DNA of 32,577 nt, from positions 1 to 32,577 of the IMG/VR virus record IMGVR_UViG_3300045988_176838. The stretch is one strand, 5' to 3'. The notes under the pieces are model-generated. The model saw nothing but the letters and a program-made list of their open reading frames with translations, searched no databases and was not told where the DNA came from. This document shows positions 15,049-23,668 of the stretch, piece after piece (the first letter of the stretch is position 1; every line of letters starts with the position of its first letter). The position numbers and the translations under genes were made by a program. Origin of the DNA: a virus.

Positions 15049-15337
15049 CTAAAAAAATACCCCCCCTCTATGTGGTTTTTTTGTAATAAACATATGAATA
15101 AAAACTCATATATTTATTTTTAAAATACTAAAGCGGAAGCAATGCCTTCGCCTTATTGTTTATTATATCTGTTAAAATATTGATAGGCAAAATCTCTTAT
15201 TGTTGATTTAATTAATATTTCAGCTTGAAACAATGCTTGAGCTTGGACCTCCAACCAGCTCTCGCGGCTGTTTGGCTCTTTTTCCCCTCCTTTAGTTTTT
15301 CGATACTCGGAAGGGGTGTTTTTTCTCCTTTTAATTA

Positions 15338-15790
15338 TTAATCTATTTCTTTGTTCCAATCTTTCCAATGGTTTTTATACCCTCGGCGCTCGAGTTCATA
15401 TTGACCATCAATTATATTATTGTAAATGCCGCTTAAAAAAAGCGCTGCTATATTATATGTTTTTGCCGCTTCTTTTTCGCTTTTAAAGCCGTCGACTTGC
15501 CACCATTCGCGCGCGAGATAGTCCCCCCCTGTATAGTTTCTAAAAAAATAATTAATCAGATATAAGCGGTTCGGTTTTATTTCCCAATCATGAGCTCTTT
15601 CAAAACGTTTTTGAATAATGACATATGCCTGGCGCCAATCTTTCCGCATGTTCTTGCGGCAATGATAATTCAATTCAAAATCGACATGTAAAAGAATCGC
15701 CTCTCGCAATGTCAAAGTGCTTTCTTTTTTTGCTTGTTGCAATAAAATTTCTTGTGTAAGTTTTTTCATTTTTTTTACCTCCATTTTCAC
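15338..15790 (-). CDS. Hypothetical early protein, the first gene of the leftward block. The start is more likely the internal ATG at 15769, giving 143 aa.
   Basis: The track starts at a GTG. The ATG at 15769 has GGAGGT 9 nt upstream. A G7 tract lies inside the coding sequence at 15523..15529. Confidence 0.5.
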   Translation of the reverse strand: MKMEVKKMKKLTQEILLQQAKKESTLTLREAILLHVDFELNYHCRKNMRKDWRQAYVIIQKRFERAHDWEIKPNRLYLINYFFRNYTGGDYLAREWWQVDGFKSEKEAAKTYNIAALFLSGIYNNIIDGQYELERRGYKNHWKDWNKEID

Positions 15791-15830
15791 AAGGGGAAAT
15801 AGCTCTTTTTCCCTATAATTATTTTATCAA

Positions 15831-15859
15831 ATCGCTTTAAAGAAGTCAATAAAAAACAA
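15831..15859 (-). promoter_or_regulatory. Candidate early promoter TTGACT-N17-TAAAAT reading leftward.
   Basis: The minus-strand -35 element is at 15859..15854 and the -10 element at 15836..15831. A short hairpin (GGGAAA/TTTCCC) lies in the leader. Confidence 0.4.
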
Positions 15860-15964
15860 TAAAAAATAATAAAATTTTTTAGAGTTATTACTTTTTATTC
15901 GATTATGAAAATAAAATAATATTTTTTAAAGCAAAATAAAAAATAGTAAAAAAAAAGCTCGATC

Positions 15965-16049
15965 ATGTACATTAATGTACATTTTTTAAATCTTTTATAT
16001 ATAAATTTTATATGCAAAAGTTTTTAAATGTACATTTATGTACATTGGA
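15965..16049. repeat. Copy B of the 85-bp element with two pairs of ATGTACAT palindromes.
   Basis: The first pair is ATGTACAT-TA-ATGTACAT, an 18-bp perfect palindrome, at 15965..15982. The second pair is ATGTACAT-TT-ATGTACAT-TGGA at 16028..16049. The 24 nt AAATGTACATTTATGTACATTGGA are identical to copy A. Confidence 0.8.
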
Positions 16050-16228
16050 AAATTTTATTATTTTTTATTATAAACGAAAGGAAAAAATCATTTCAAAGAG
16101 GAAAAAACGCTCCAGTTTTCAGTCCTAAAATGTAAAAAATCTTGAAAAAATGTAAATGTTTTCATTGCTTACACTTAGCTAAAAACAAAAAAACATCTAT
16201 CTTGTGTGGCTTTTTAAGTACGCATTTT

Positions 16229-16300
16229 ACGCGCGCATTTGCGCACAATGCGCAAGTTGAGCGAACTGCTTGCGCATTTGCTTATTTTTGCGCATTCGTT
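16229..16300. promoter_or_regulatory. Cluster of TGCGCA palindromes upstream of terS, including TTGCGCA-N3-TGCGCAA.
   Basis: Perfect TGCGCA copies sit at 16240, 16249, 16271 and 16289, with the related GCGCGCA and ACGCAT nearby. It is GC-rich in an AT-rich intergenic region and overlaps the -35 element and spacer of the promoter below. Confidence 0.5.
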
Positions 16301-16306
16301 TATAAT
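16278..16306 (+). promoter_or_regulatory. Near-consensus sigma-A-type promoter TTGCTT-N17-TATAAT for the packaging and structural operon.
   Basis: The hexamers and their spacing were read directly from the sequence. It sits 26 nt upstream of the terS RBS. Confidence 0.45.
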
Positions 16307-16331
16307 ATTAAAAATGATGGAGGTTTTTTTA

Positions 16332-16673
16332 ATGGCAATTACAAAAGAACAGCTCGAAAAGCTTTGTAAAATGTTTTGTACAAAAACGGAAATAAAAGCA
16401 TTTTTTAACGCTAGCGATAAAAAACTCAATGAATTTTGTTTAAAAAATTACGGAGCGGATTTTTCAAAAGTTTATGACACTCTTCTTGAGTGTGGCAAAA
16501 TTTCACTGCGTAGAAAACAATTAAAAATGGCTGACAAATCAGCGCCAATGGCTATATTTTTAGGAAAAAATTATTTAGGTCAAAAAGAGCAAATAGAAAA
16601 TGTAGCAATGCAAAAAATAGAAATAGTAAGCAACATTCCAAGCGATGAGGAGAACGGCAGCGAATGCAACTAG
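16332..16673 (+). CDS. terS: Terminase small subunit (113 aa). The track ORF 16239..16673 starts too early.
   Basis: A GGAGG lies 9 nt upstream of the ATG at 16332. The protein carries a TerS-like pattern (ITKEQLEKLC…GKISLRRKQLKMADKSAPMAIFLGKNYLGQKE). Its stop overlaps the terL start (ATGCAACTAG). Confidence 0.6.
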   Translation: MAITKEQLEKLCKMFCTKTEIKAFFNASDKKLNEFCLKNYGADFSKVYDTLLECGKISLRRKQLKMADKSAPMAIFLGKNYLGQKEQIENVAMQKIEIVSNIPSDEENGSECN

Positions 16674-18127
16674 ATCTCTATTCCCTAACTGGGCATGGCT
16701 ACGAGCGCGGCTGGTTCACAAATTGCCATTGCCGATACAGGGCTTTTAAGGGCGGAAGAAACACAAAAAAAAGCTACGTAATCGCTGGTTATGAGGCTCT
16801 TATAAAAATTCTTACTTGCCCACTTCGAAATGTACTTTTTGTTCGTGCCGTTAACAAATCCAATCGGCTTTCAACTTTTTCGACAATGTGCAAAATTATT
16901 GAAAATCCAGATCTTTCTCGTCCTGAAATCTCTTTCCGCGATTATTTTAAAATAAATTATACAGAAATGGTTATAACTTATCGACCAACAGGTCAGGTCA
17001 TTTTATTCAGCGGGTGTGATAATCCGCAAAAATTGCAAGGAATTAGAACTGTAAAAGGTTATTTGACTGACATTTATATTGAAGAGGCTTTCGAGCTAGA
17101 CAGCTGGGATGATTTCAGGAAAATTGACGGAAGTATTAGAGGTCACTTGCCGCAAGGGTATTTTTTTCAAATAACATTTTTATTTAATGCATGGAACCAA
17201 GATCATTGGCTTTACGAAAAATTATTTAAAGGACGTCTTGAGGACGATTTTGGCTCATTAATGACTCATAATTATATCGACTATAAAAACGAGAATGAGT
17301 TGTGGGGACTTGGCCGTGGAATTTATCTTCACATATCAACTTACAAAATAAATGAGTTTCGCGATTTTGAAAACTACGACGCAGCAATGCAAGAATTGCT
17401 CGAAAAAGCGCCCGAAATCTTCAAAGTAGAAGCGCTCGGAATGTGGGGCAACGCTTCCGAGACTACTTACTTAGAATTTAACGAAAGTATGATAAAACCG
17501 CAACAAATCATTAATAATATGAGCTTTGCTTGTTATGCTATCGGAATTGATACAGGGCTAAGCGACGGAGAAGGAAAGCCCAAAAAAGATGGACGCATAC
17601 GCAGCGCAACAACAATGCAAATGGCAGCAATAACAAGCGACTATACAAAGCTTTGCTGCATTGATGAATTTTTTTATAGCAACGAGCGCGAGATAAAGAA
17701 AAAAACAGAGCCAGAGCTAATGGAGGACATCGTAAACACGCTTATAGAGTGGTGTAAAAAATATTATTTGCACCCAACACTTATGAAAGGTACAATATTA
17801 GTGTACGTAGATTGCGCCGACATAGGTTTTAGGCAAGGTTTAGAGCTTGTAGCGCGATATAAGGGGCTTACAAACGTTAGATTTATGCCGAGTACTAAAA
17901 TACGCATACAAACGCGCGTTGACTTTATACGGCTTATAATGGCAATGGGCGAGTTCCTGATAAGCGACAACTGCAAGGACCTAGCGCGAGAAATCAAGAA
18001 CAGCCGAAAAGGCGATAACGGGAGACCTAGGGAAGACCTGGACGACCACGCAATAAATGCGAATGAGTACGCCTGGGCACCAATTATCGGAAGGCTGAAA
18101 AGATGGAGTAAATATAAGGAGCATTGA
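16664..18127 (+). CDS. terL: Terminase large subunit, PBSX/Terminase_3-like.
   Basis: It is 487 aa with an N-terminal ATPase region and a C-terminal nuclease-like region. Its position between terS and portal fits. GC content is noticeably higher than the genome average. Confidence 0.8.
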   Translation: MQLDLYSLTGHGYERGWFTNCHCRYRAFKGGRNTKKSYVIAGYEALIKILTCPLRNVLFVRAVNKSNRLSTFSTMCKIIENPDLSRPEISFRDYFKINYTEMVITYRPTGQVILFSGCDNPQKLQGIRTVKGYLTDIYIEEAFELDSWDDFRKIDGSIRGHLPQGYFFQITFLFNAWNQDHWLYEKLFKGRLEDDFGSLMTHNYIDYKNENELWGLGRGIYLHISTYKINEFRDFENYDAAMQELLEKAPEIFKVEALGMWGNASETTYLEFNESMIKPQQIINNMSFACYAIGIDTGLSDGEGKPKKDGRIRSATTMQMAAITSDYTKLCCIDEFFYSNEREIKKKTEPELMEDIVNTLIEWCKKYYLHPTLMKGTILVYVDCADIGFRQGLELVARYKGLTNVRFMPSTKIRIQTRVDFIRLIMAMGEFLISDNCKDLAREIKNSRKGDNGRPREDLDDHAINANEYAWAPIIGRLKRWSKYKEH

Positions 18128-18131
18128 TAAA

Positions 18132-18326
18132 ATGAAGATATTAAACACAATAGGAGCAGTACTAGCGCTTGCAGTATGTGTGTTGTTTGTATTAATTGGA
18201 GTAGGAGTACTGCACGACTACAGCCTCACTGTAGGGTATATATTATCAGGCTTACTAATCGGACAACCTATTTTTACTCTTCTCGTTTGTGGAATTAATA
18301 TATTTTATAAAGGCGGTAAGAAATGA
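18132..18326 (+). CDS. Small membrane protein with two predicted TM helices.
   Basis: It has hydrophobic stretches and lies between terL and portal. Confidence 0.4.
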   Translation: MKILNTIGAVLALAVCVLFVLIGVGVLHDYSLTVGYILSGLLIGQPIFTLLVCGINIFYKGGKK

Positions 18327-19843
18327 ACATATTAGAAGCTATACGGCAAAGACTGCTAAAATTTTTAAAAATCGACAAAGTGCCATACGACCCGACAAGC
18401 GATAGACTTACTTTTATAAACGATTTGGAAGCTATCGAAAGTGAAAAGCTCAAGGAGTATAAAGCCTGGTATATCGGAAATGGTAGCGAGTTGCTGAACT
18501 TGTACACAAATAAGCAGTTGTGGGACAACGCGAAAAATCCGATTTATAACAGAAATAAGCAAAACTATTTCTGGGGTCTTTCTTCTACAGAGTGTGACAT
18601 AAAACGCGTACATAGCGGAATACCTAAAGAGATTATAAATACTCTAGTAAATTCTATCGGCGATCCTAAAATAAATTGCGATTTGTACAATGATAAATTA
18701 AACAAAATTATAACTCAAAATGATTTGCTCAATATTATAAAGCAGCAACAACTACCGCTCACTTGCGTTGAAGGTTGGGGGGCTTTCAAAATCAATATAA
18801 ATAAAGAATTGCGGAACGTTCCTATAATTCAATACTACGAGGCGGAAAACGTAGAATTTGCATATAAAAGCAACGTTCTTTGTGGTGTGATTTTTAAAGA
18901 TTATTACAAACAAAATAATAAAGATTATGTACTAATCGAAACTAGAAGACGCGAAAACGGAAACTCTAGAATTGAGTATGAGCTTTTCTTACTAAAGCCT
19001 AATAAAGACGTTAATCCAGTTCCACTAGATACTATCGAAGGACTAGAAGGGCTGGAAAACGTAGAAATAGTAGGACTTGATGAAGTTCTAGCTGTTCCTA
19101 GTAAGTTTTTCTATGATCCATACGCACCTAACTATGGTCGCAGTATTTTCTCTAATAAAATAGACTTGTTCGATGATTTAGACCAGATACTCTCACAAGA
19201 TAGTCAAACAGTGCGAGTTTCTACACCTGTTGAGTACTACCCAGAAGATTTGCTCGAGCACTTACCAAACGGCGATAGAAAAGCACCAAGCGCATATAAT
19301 AGACAATACGTAAAAAAGCCTAGTATTCCTGGACCTAATGGAGAAATTGACGGAACTATACAAACCACACAACCTGAATTGAACTTTGCGCAATATAGCG
19401 AAGAAGCAGTACAGAAATTGAAGCTTATATTAACAGGGCTTATCAGCCCAGCAACTTTGGGCTTTGATGTTTCGGCAAAAGATAACGCGGAAGCACAAAG
19501 AGAAAAAGAAAAAGTTACTATTAATACTCGTAATAATATTATCGATAGAGAAACACCATTATTGAAACATCTTCTTAAGTTGTGCCTTATGTGCCAGGAA
19601 TATATGGAAAAAGGTTATATATTAAACTTTGACTATGATATTTCAATTACTTATAATGAATTTGCAAATCCTAGCTTTGAAAACGAACTAAAAATACTAG
19701 GACCAGCATGGACCAGTGGGCAAATCTCCACAGAAAGATATGTCGAGTTATTGTGGGGAGATAAGCTAAGTGATAAAGACAGATTGAAAGAAATAGAGGC
19801 GTTAGAACGTGAAAGAACAGCTGGAAGATATACTTTCGAGTAA
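18323..19843 (+). CDS. Portal protein, SPP1 gp6-like.
   Basis: It is 506 aa, lies immediately after the terminase, and is followed by a MuF-like gene. Confidence 0.75.
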   Translation: MNILEAIRQRLLKFLKIDKVPYDPTSDRLTFINDLEAIESEKLKEYKAWYIGNGSELLNLYTNKQLWDNAKNPIYNRNKQNYFWGLSSTECDIKRVHSGIPKEIINTLVNSIGDPKINCDLYNDKLNKIITQNDLLNIIKQQQLPLTCVEGWGAFKININKELRNVPIIQYYEAENVEFAYKSNVLCGVIFKDYYKQNNKDYVLIETRRRENGNSRIEYELFLLKPNKDVNPVPLDTIEGLEGLENVEIVGLDEVLAVPSKFFYDPYAPNYGRSIFSNKIDLFDDLDQILSQDSQTVRVSTPVEYYPEDLLEHLPNGDRKAPSAYNRQYVKKPSIPGPNGEIDGTIQTTQPELNFAQYSEEAVQKLKLILTGLISPATLGFDVSAKDNAEAQREKEKVTINTRNNIIDRETPLLKHLLKLCLMCQEYMEKGYILNFDYDISITYNEFANPSFENELKILGPAWTSGQISTERYVELLWGDKLSDKDRLKEIEALERERTAGRYTFE

Positions 19844-20555
19844 GCAAGAACTAAAAGAACGATTATTTAATAGCCGTAACTTTATAGTTAAGTTAATTGT
19901 TGTGAGTTTGCTAGAACATGCAAATATAAAGCGAATTATTAAGTATCACTATCGTGAAGAAAAAGAGCTAATAAAATACGCAGTAAAAGTAGAAAAGCAA
20001 ATCAAGAAAGAAACGAAAAACGAAGAAGGAACATTGCTCCTAAATCTTATATTTTCTAAACTTGAGCAAGCTAAATTCTACGAAATAACAAATAAAATGA
20101 TTAATCATATGTGCAATGATTACGAAAGTAAAGCTAAAATTAAAGTGCTGAAAAATCTAGAGATAGGCTATTATTTGTGCAGTACACACGAAGACTGCGC
20201 AGAAGATCATAAGTCTTGGCAAGGCAAGGTGTATTATAAAGGAAGTGCTACTAAGCACGGCTTAGTTTCTCTAGATTATATAGTCTCTTCTCCTGTGTAC
20301 TTGTTTACTCGACCGAATTGTAGACATTACTTTAAAAAGATAAGTGAAGAAGAGCTGGAAAGCAATTCTATAGAAGAGCTTATCAAGAAATACAACATGT
20401 CTTCGCCTGTAGGTAATGAGCTTACTAGAACGAAATATAGCGGATTAGAGCAACGTTTTAAGTACCATAAGGAATTATACAAAGTTCTTAAAAGTTCTCT
20501 TCTAAAAAGTGCTATTGAAAAAGAGCGATACTTGCTATACAATAAGGGTACTTGA
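19809..20555 (+). CDS. Minor head protein with a Mu F / SPP1 gp7-like domain.
   Basis: The signature CSTHEDCAEDHKSWQGKVYY…RPNCRHYF is present. It has a GTG start. Confidence 0.75.
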   Translation: MKEQLEDILSSKQELKERLFNSRNFIVKLIVVSLLEHANIKRIIKYHYREEKELIKYAVKVEKQIKKETKNEEGTLLLNLIFSKLEQAKFYEITNKMINHMCNDYESKAKIKVLKNLEIGYYLCSTHEDCAEDHKSWQGKVYYKGSATKHGLVSLDYIVSSPVYLFTRPNCRHYFKKISEEELESNSIEELIKKYNMSSPVGNELTRTKYSGLEQRFKYHKELYKVLKSSLLKSAIEKERYLLYNKGT

Positions 20556-20570
20556 TAGTGAGGTTATACT

Positions 20571-21080
20571 ATGACTGATGAAGAAATTTTACCAGAGAAA
20601 GAAAACAAGGAAGAGGGAGAACCTGACGAATCTGGCGGCAAAGAACCCGAAGCAAAAAAATTTACACAAGAGGAAGTAAACGAAATAGTCAAGAAAAGAC
20701 TAAGCAAGTTTTACAACCGATATGGAGTAGAGGGAAAAGATGAACTCGATACTATGGTTGGCAAATCTCAAGCATATGGAGTATTAGAAGAGCGCTATAA
20801 TACTGCAAGTGAAGAATTGAGAAACACTAAACAAGAATTGATGTTTATTAAAAACGATATTGATACCAATAAGTATAGCGATGTACAAGCATACTTTAGC
20901 GGTAAAGGTATTGAGCTGACACCAGAAAATTTAGAAGCTGAACTCGCAAATCACAACGAATGGAAGAAAAAGGTCGCTGAAGTTAAGAAGATAGGACCAG
21001 ACAACAAGCAAGAACAATCAGGACCCGATGAAAAGAGCATGGCTGCTAAATTATTTGGACTGAATTACTTTGTGAAATAA
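20571..21080 (+). CDS. Scaffolding protein.
   Basis: It is acidic, helical and charged, sits before the capsid gene, and ends …AAKLFGLNYFVK. Confidence 0.5.
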   Translation: MTDEEILPEKENKEEGEPDESGGKEPEAKKFTQEEVNEIVKKRLSKFYNRYGVEGKDELDTMVGKSQAYGVLEERYNTASEELRNTKQELMFIKNDIDTNKYSDVQAYFSGKGIELTPENLEAELANHNEWKKKVAEVKKIGPDNKQEQSGPDEKSMAAKLFGLNYFVK

Positions 21081-21096
21081 AGGAGAAAAAATTTCA

Positions 21097-21285
21097 ATGA
21101 ATATTGAAGAATTAATTAATGACTTTAAGCGCAGAGAAATGTCAGATGAAGAAATTATGAAAGCTCTTGAAGAATTAACAAGAGAAGGTAAGATCACACC
21201 TGAAGATTTTGAACACGCTAAAGAATTATTACATGATGATGACAAAGCCAAAGCAGAAAAATTATTTGGCTTAAAATTCAATTAA
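21097..21285 (+). CDS. Small acidic head-assembly protein sharing the C-terminal KLFGL motif with the scaffold.
   Basis: It ends …AEKLFGLKFN. It has an RBS AAGGAGAAAA. Confidence 0.45.
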   Translation: MNIEELINDFKRREMSDEEIMKALEELTREGKITPEDFEHAKELLHDDDKAKAEKLFGLKFN

Positions 21286-21303
21286 AAAAGGAGAATTTAA
21301 AAA

Positions 21304-22542
21304 ATGAATACTTTTGCATTAATTGAACGTTATATAACCTCTGCCATTGATACTGTCTTTGCTGCTGAAAGTAAGACAAGAATTTTAGAAAATGGTCAAC
21401 GTTATATCGACGTTAATTTTAAAGAAGCTGGTTATGTAAAAATCATGTCTTTATTAATGGACGGACTTTCCGACTATTATAGAGCTAATGGACCAGAAGG
21501 CGACGCAGGCTATACAAACTACCATACTTCAGAAGCCACAAGAGACGGGTATAAAGTTGGTAATGCTGACGGCTCTTGGGAATTATTCAAATTGCAATAT
21601 GATCGTGGTAGACAATTCCAAATCGATAGTGCAGACAATGAAGAAACAGCTGGCTTAGTTATTGGGAACTTATTAACTGAATTTTTACGTACTAAAGTTG
21701 TACCTGAAGTTGACGCAACACGTTTCTCTATTATGGCAAGTAAATGTTCCACAACATTAGGTAACTTAGTTAGTGAAACTATTACTGCAAACAGCATTAT
21801 ATCTAAATTTAATGGTGTCTTTGAATGGTTAGCTGAACATGAAGTTCCAGCTGAAGATCAAGTTATATTTGTCAACCCAAATATCATGACACTTATTAGA
21901 AATACTGATGAAATCAAGAAATACTTAGGACAATCCGATTATAGAAATGGTGATGTTAATTTCACTATTGAAACATATATGGGAAGACCTATTATTGAAG
22001 TTCCATCTAATCGTTTCTATACAGACGTACAAACTGGTGCAAATGGCTACTATGCTTCTGCAACTTCTAAAGTTATTAACTTTATGGTTGCTTCCAAACG
22101 TTGCATTGTCCCTATTGTGAAATTGAATAAGTCTAAGATCTTCGGACCTGACGCAGTTCAAGATTTCGATGGCTATAAAGTAAACTTCCGTATCTATCAC
22201 GGCGTTGTTGTTCCAAAAAACAAAATTGCAGGTATCTATACCTATTTAAGTGCTACTAACGCAACAACTAAATCTAATAAGCTCGATTTAAACATTGTAA
22301 AGAATGGCGATAAATACAAAGTTATGGAATACTACACAATGCCTGCTGGCTTATTCGGAACATTAGTACATAGCACTACAGCATTTACCGCTGGAACAAC
22401 TTATAAAATTTCTGATAAAGTAGTTGCAATTACTCCTGGAGTAGATTATACTAAATTAAATACTGAAGAACACTACGCATTACTTGATGGTAATGGTATT
22501 GCAACAGCAGTATCTGGTGAGATTACTCTCCCTACAGCTTAG
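21304..22542 (+). CDS. Major capsid protein, with a probable C-terminal Ig-like (Big_2-type) decoration domain.
   Basis: It is 412 aa, follows the scaffold, and is followed by a terminator. The C-terminal roughly 70 aa are β-rich and read …ITPGVDYTKL…ATAVSGEITLP. Confidence 0.7.
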   Translation: MNTFALIERYITSAIDTVFAAESKTRILENGQRYIDVNFKEAGYVKIMSLLMDGLSDYYRANGPEGDAGYTNYHTSEATRDGYKVGNADGSWELFKLQYDRGRQFQIDSADNEETAGLVIGNLLTEFLRTKVVPEVDATRFSIMASKCSTTLGNLVSETITANSIISKFNGVFEWLAEHEVPAEDQVIFVNPNIMTLIRNTDEIKKYLGQSDYRNGDVNFTIETYMGRPIIEVPSNRFYTDVQTGANGYYASATSKVINFMVASKRCIVPIVKLNKSKIFGPDAVQDFDGYKVNFRIYHGVVVPKNKIAGIYTYLSATNATTKSNKLDLNIVKNGDKYKVMEYYTMPAGLFGTLVHSTTAFTAGTTYKISDKVVAITPGVDYTKLNTEEHYALLDGNGIATAVSGEITLPTA

Positions 22543-22583
22543 TAATTAAATTCGTGTTTATTCATACCTAATCTCTTTTCTAA

Positions 22584-22612
22584 GGGCGGAGATTGTATTC
22601 CGCTCTTTTTTG
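22584..22612 (+). terminator. Rho-independent terminator after the capsid gene.
   Basis: Stem GGCGGA…TCCGCT followed by T6. Confidence 0.5.
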
Positions 22613-22646
22613 TGTTATCATTTTTAATGAAATAGGAGGTATTAAT

Positions 22647-22895
22647 ATGGCACTAGCAAATAAAGAACAAATGGAGAAACTTTTATCTACAAACGAAGGG
22701 AAAGATTTACTTATTAAGATTTTTTCTATACCTCAAAAAGAATTTGAAGAAAGCTATAGTAAGCTGTTTTCTCCTGAACCAGCACCAGCAAAGCAAAGTA
22801 TATACGAGAAGTACCATGATATTGCTAAAGAAGTTATAGATGATATAAGAGCCTATAAGGAAGAAGAAGGCGGAACTGACAATGCTGAAGAGTAA
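22647..22895 (+). CDS. Hypothetical 82-aa protein, possibly head-tail connector-associated.
   Basis: The internal ATG has AGGAGGT 8 nt upstream. The track start at 22593 is unlikely. Confidence 0.45.
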   Translation: MALANKEQMEKLLSTNEGKDLLIKIFSIPQKEFEESYSKLFSPEPAPAKQSIYEKYHDIAKEVIDDIRAYKEEEGGTDNAEE

Positions 22896-23313
22896 ATATA
22901 TAACTAAAGAAGATTTTAAAGAGTATTGGGGACAAGATCTAGAAAACCTTATTAAGGAAGATGACAACCCTAGTGCAACTACTGAGCGATTACTTTTTAG
23001 AAATGAAATACGTATGCAAGCATGGCTGAACTATAAGACACATAGAAATATCGATAGAATTTACCCCAATTTTACAGATTATCAAAAGCAATGCTATAAA
23101 TTTGCACTCTTAGAGCAACTTATGTACACAATAAGAAGTGGAGATTTATTTCAAGATAGTGGTTATGATATGGAACGCGGCATTATCATTGAAAACAATA
23201 AAAAGAAAGACATTCTTGTATGTGAGCCAGCAATAGAACAGCTTAGTAATTGTGGCTTATTCTCAAGAAAAGTTAAAAAAGGTGGTTGGGTAGATGGCAC
23301 GTGGTGGTATTAA
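22882..23313 (+). CDS. Hypothetical 143-aa structural protein, a head-tail adaptor candidate.
   Basis: Position and overlapping start. Confidence 0.45.
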   Translation: MLKSKYITKEDFKEYWGQDLENLIKEDDNPSATTERLLFRNEIRMQAWLNYKTHRNIDRIYPNFTDYQKQCYKFALLEQLMYTIRSGDLFQDSGYDMERGIIIENNKKKDILVCEPAIEQLSNCGLFSRKVKKGGWVDGTWWY

Positions 23314-23665
23314 CATATTTACATCTAGAAGAGTATATTTTCACGAATGTAAATATTGGAAACAAGATAAGAACTATGATGATGTCGAAAAATTAGTACA
23401 AGAGAAAGCATACGAGGGTTCTTTTTATGCAAAAGAAGAAGGAAGCTTCAGTCAAGATAATAATAAAATCAGCGGCGATTTTATGTTTGACAAGAACAAT
23501 GTTACTATATCGACTATGGACAGCATTTCCATAGCAACGAATGATATTGTGTATTTTGATGATACTTACTGGATTGTAGAAAACGTACAATGGCGAGAAA
23601 TACATAAAAATAATGAATTTATGCGTTACGCTGATAGAAAAACATATATTCGTATGCGGAGATAA
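23294..23665 (+). CDS. Hypothetical 123-aa structural protein.
   Basis: ORF. Confidence 0.45.
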   Translation: MARGGINIFTSRRVYFHECKYWKQDKNYDDVEKLVQEKAYEGSFYAKEEGSFSQDNNKISGDFMFDKNNVTISTMDSISIATNDIVYFDDTYWIVENVQWREIHKNNEFMRYADRKTYIRMRR

Positions 23666-23668
23666 CTT

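Noticed and set aside
15153-15368. 71-aa ORF as a confident gene
   Set aside because: It overlaps the upstream gene by 30 nt and has no clear RBS. It is kept only as a low-interest observation.
15338-15790. Alternative genetic code (UGA=Trp, Mollicute host) suggested by the absent lysin
   Set aside because: terL and other genes terminate at TGA, and long ORFs are intact under the standard code.
16142-16429. ORFs 16142..16369 (+) and 16214..16429 (-) over the TGCGCA region
   Set aside because: They overlap a promoter/operator array, and the true terS start at 16332 has a proper SD.
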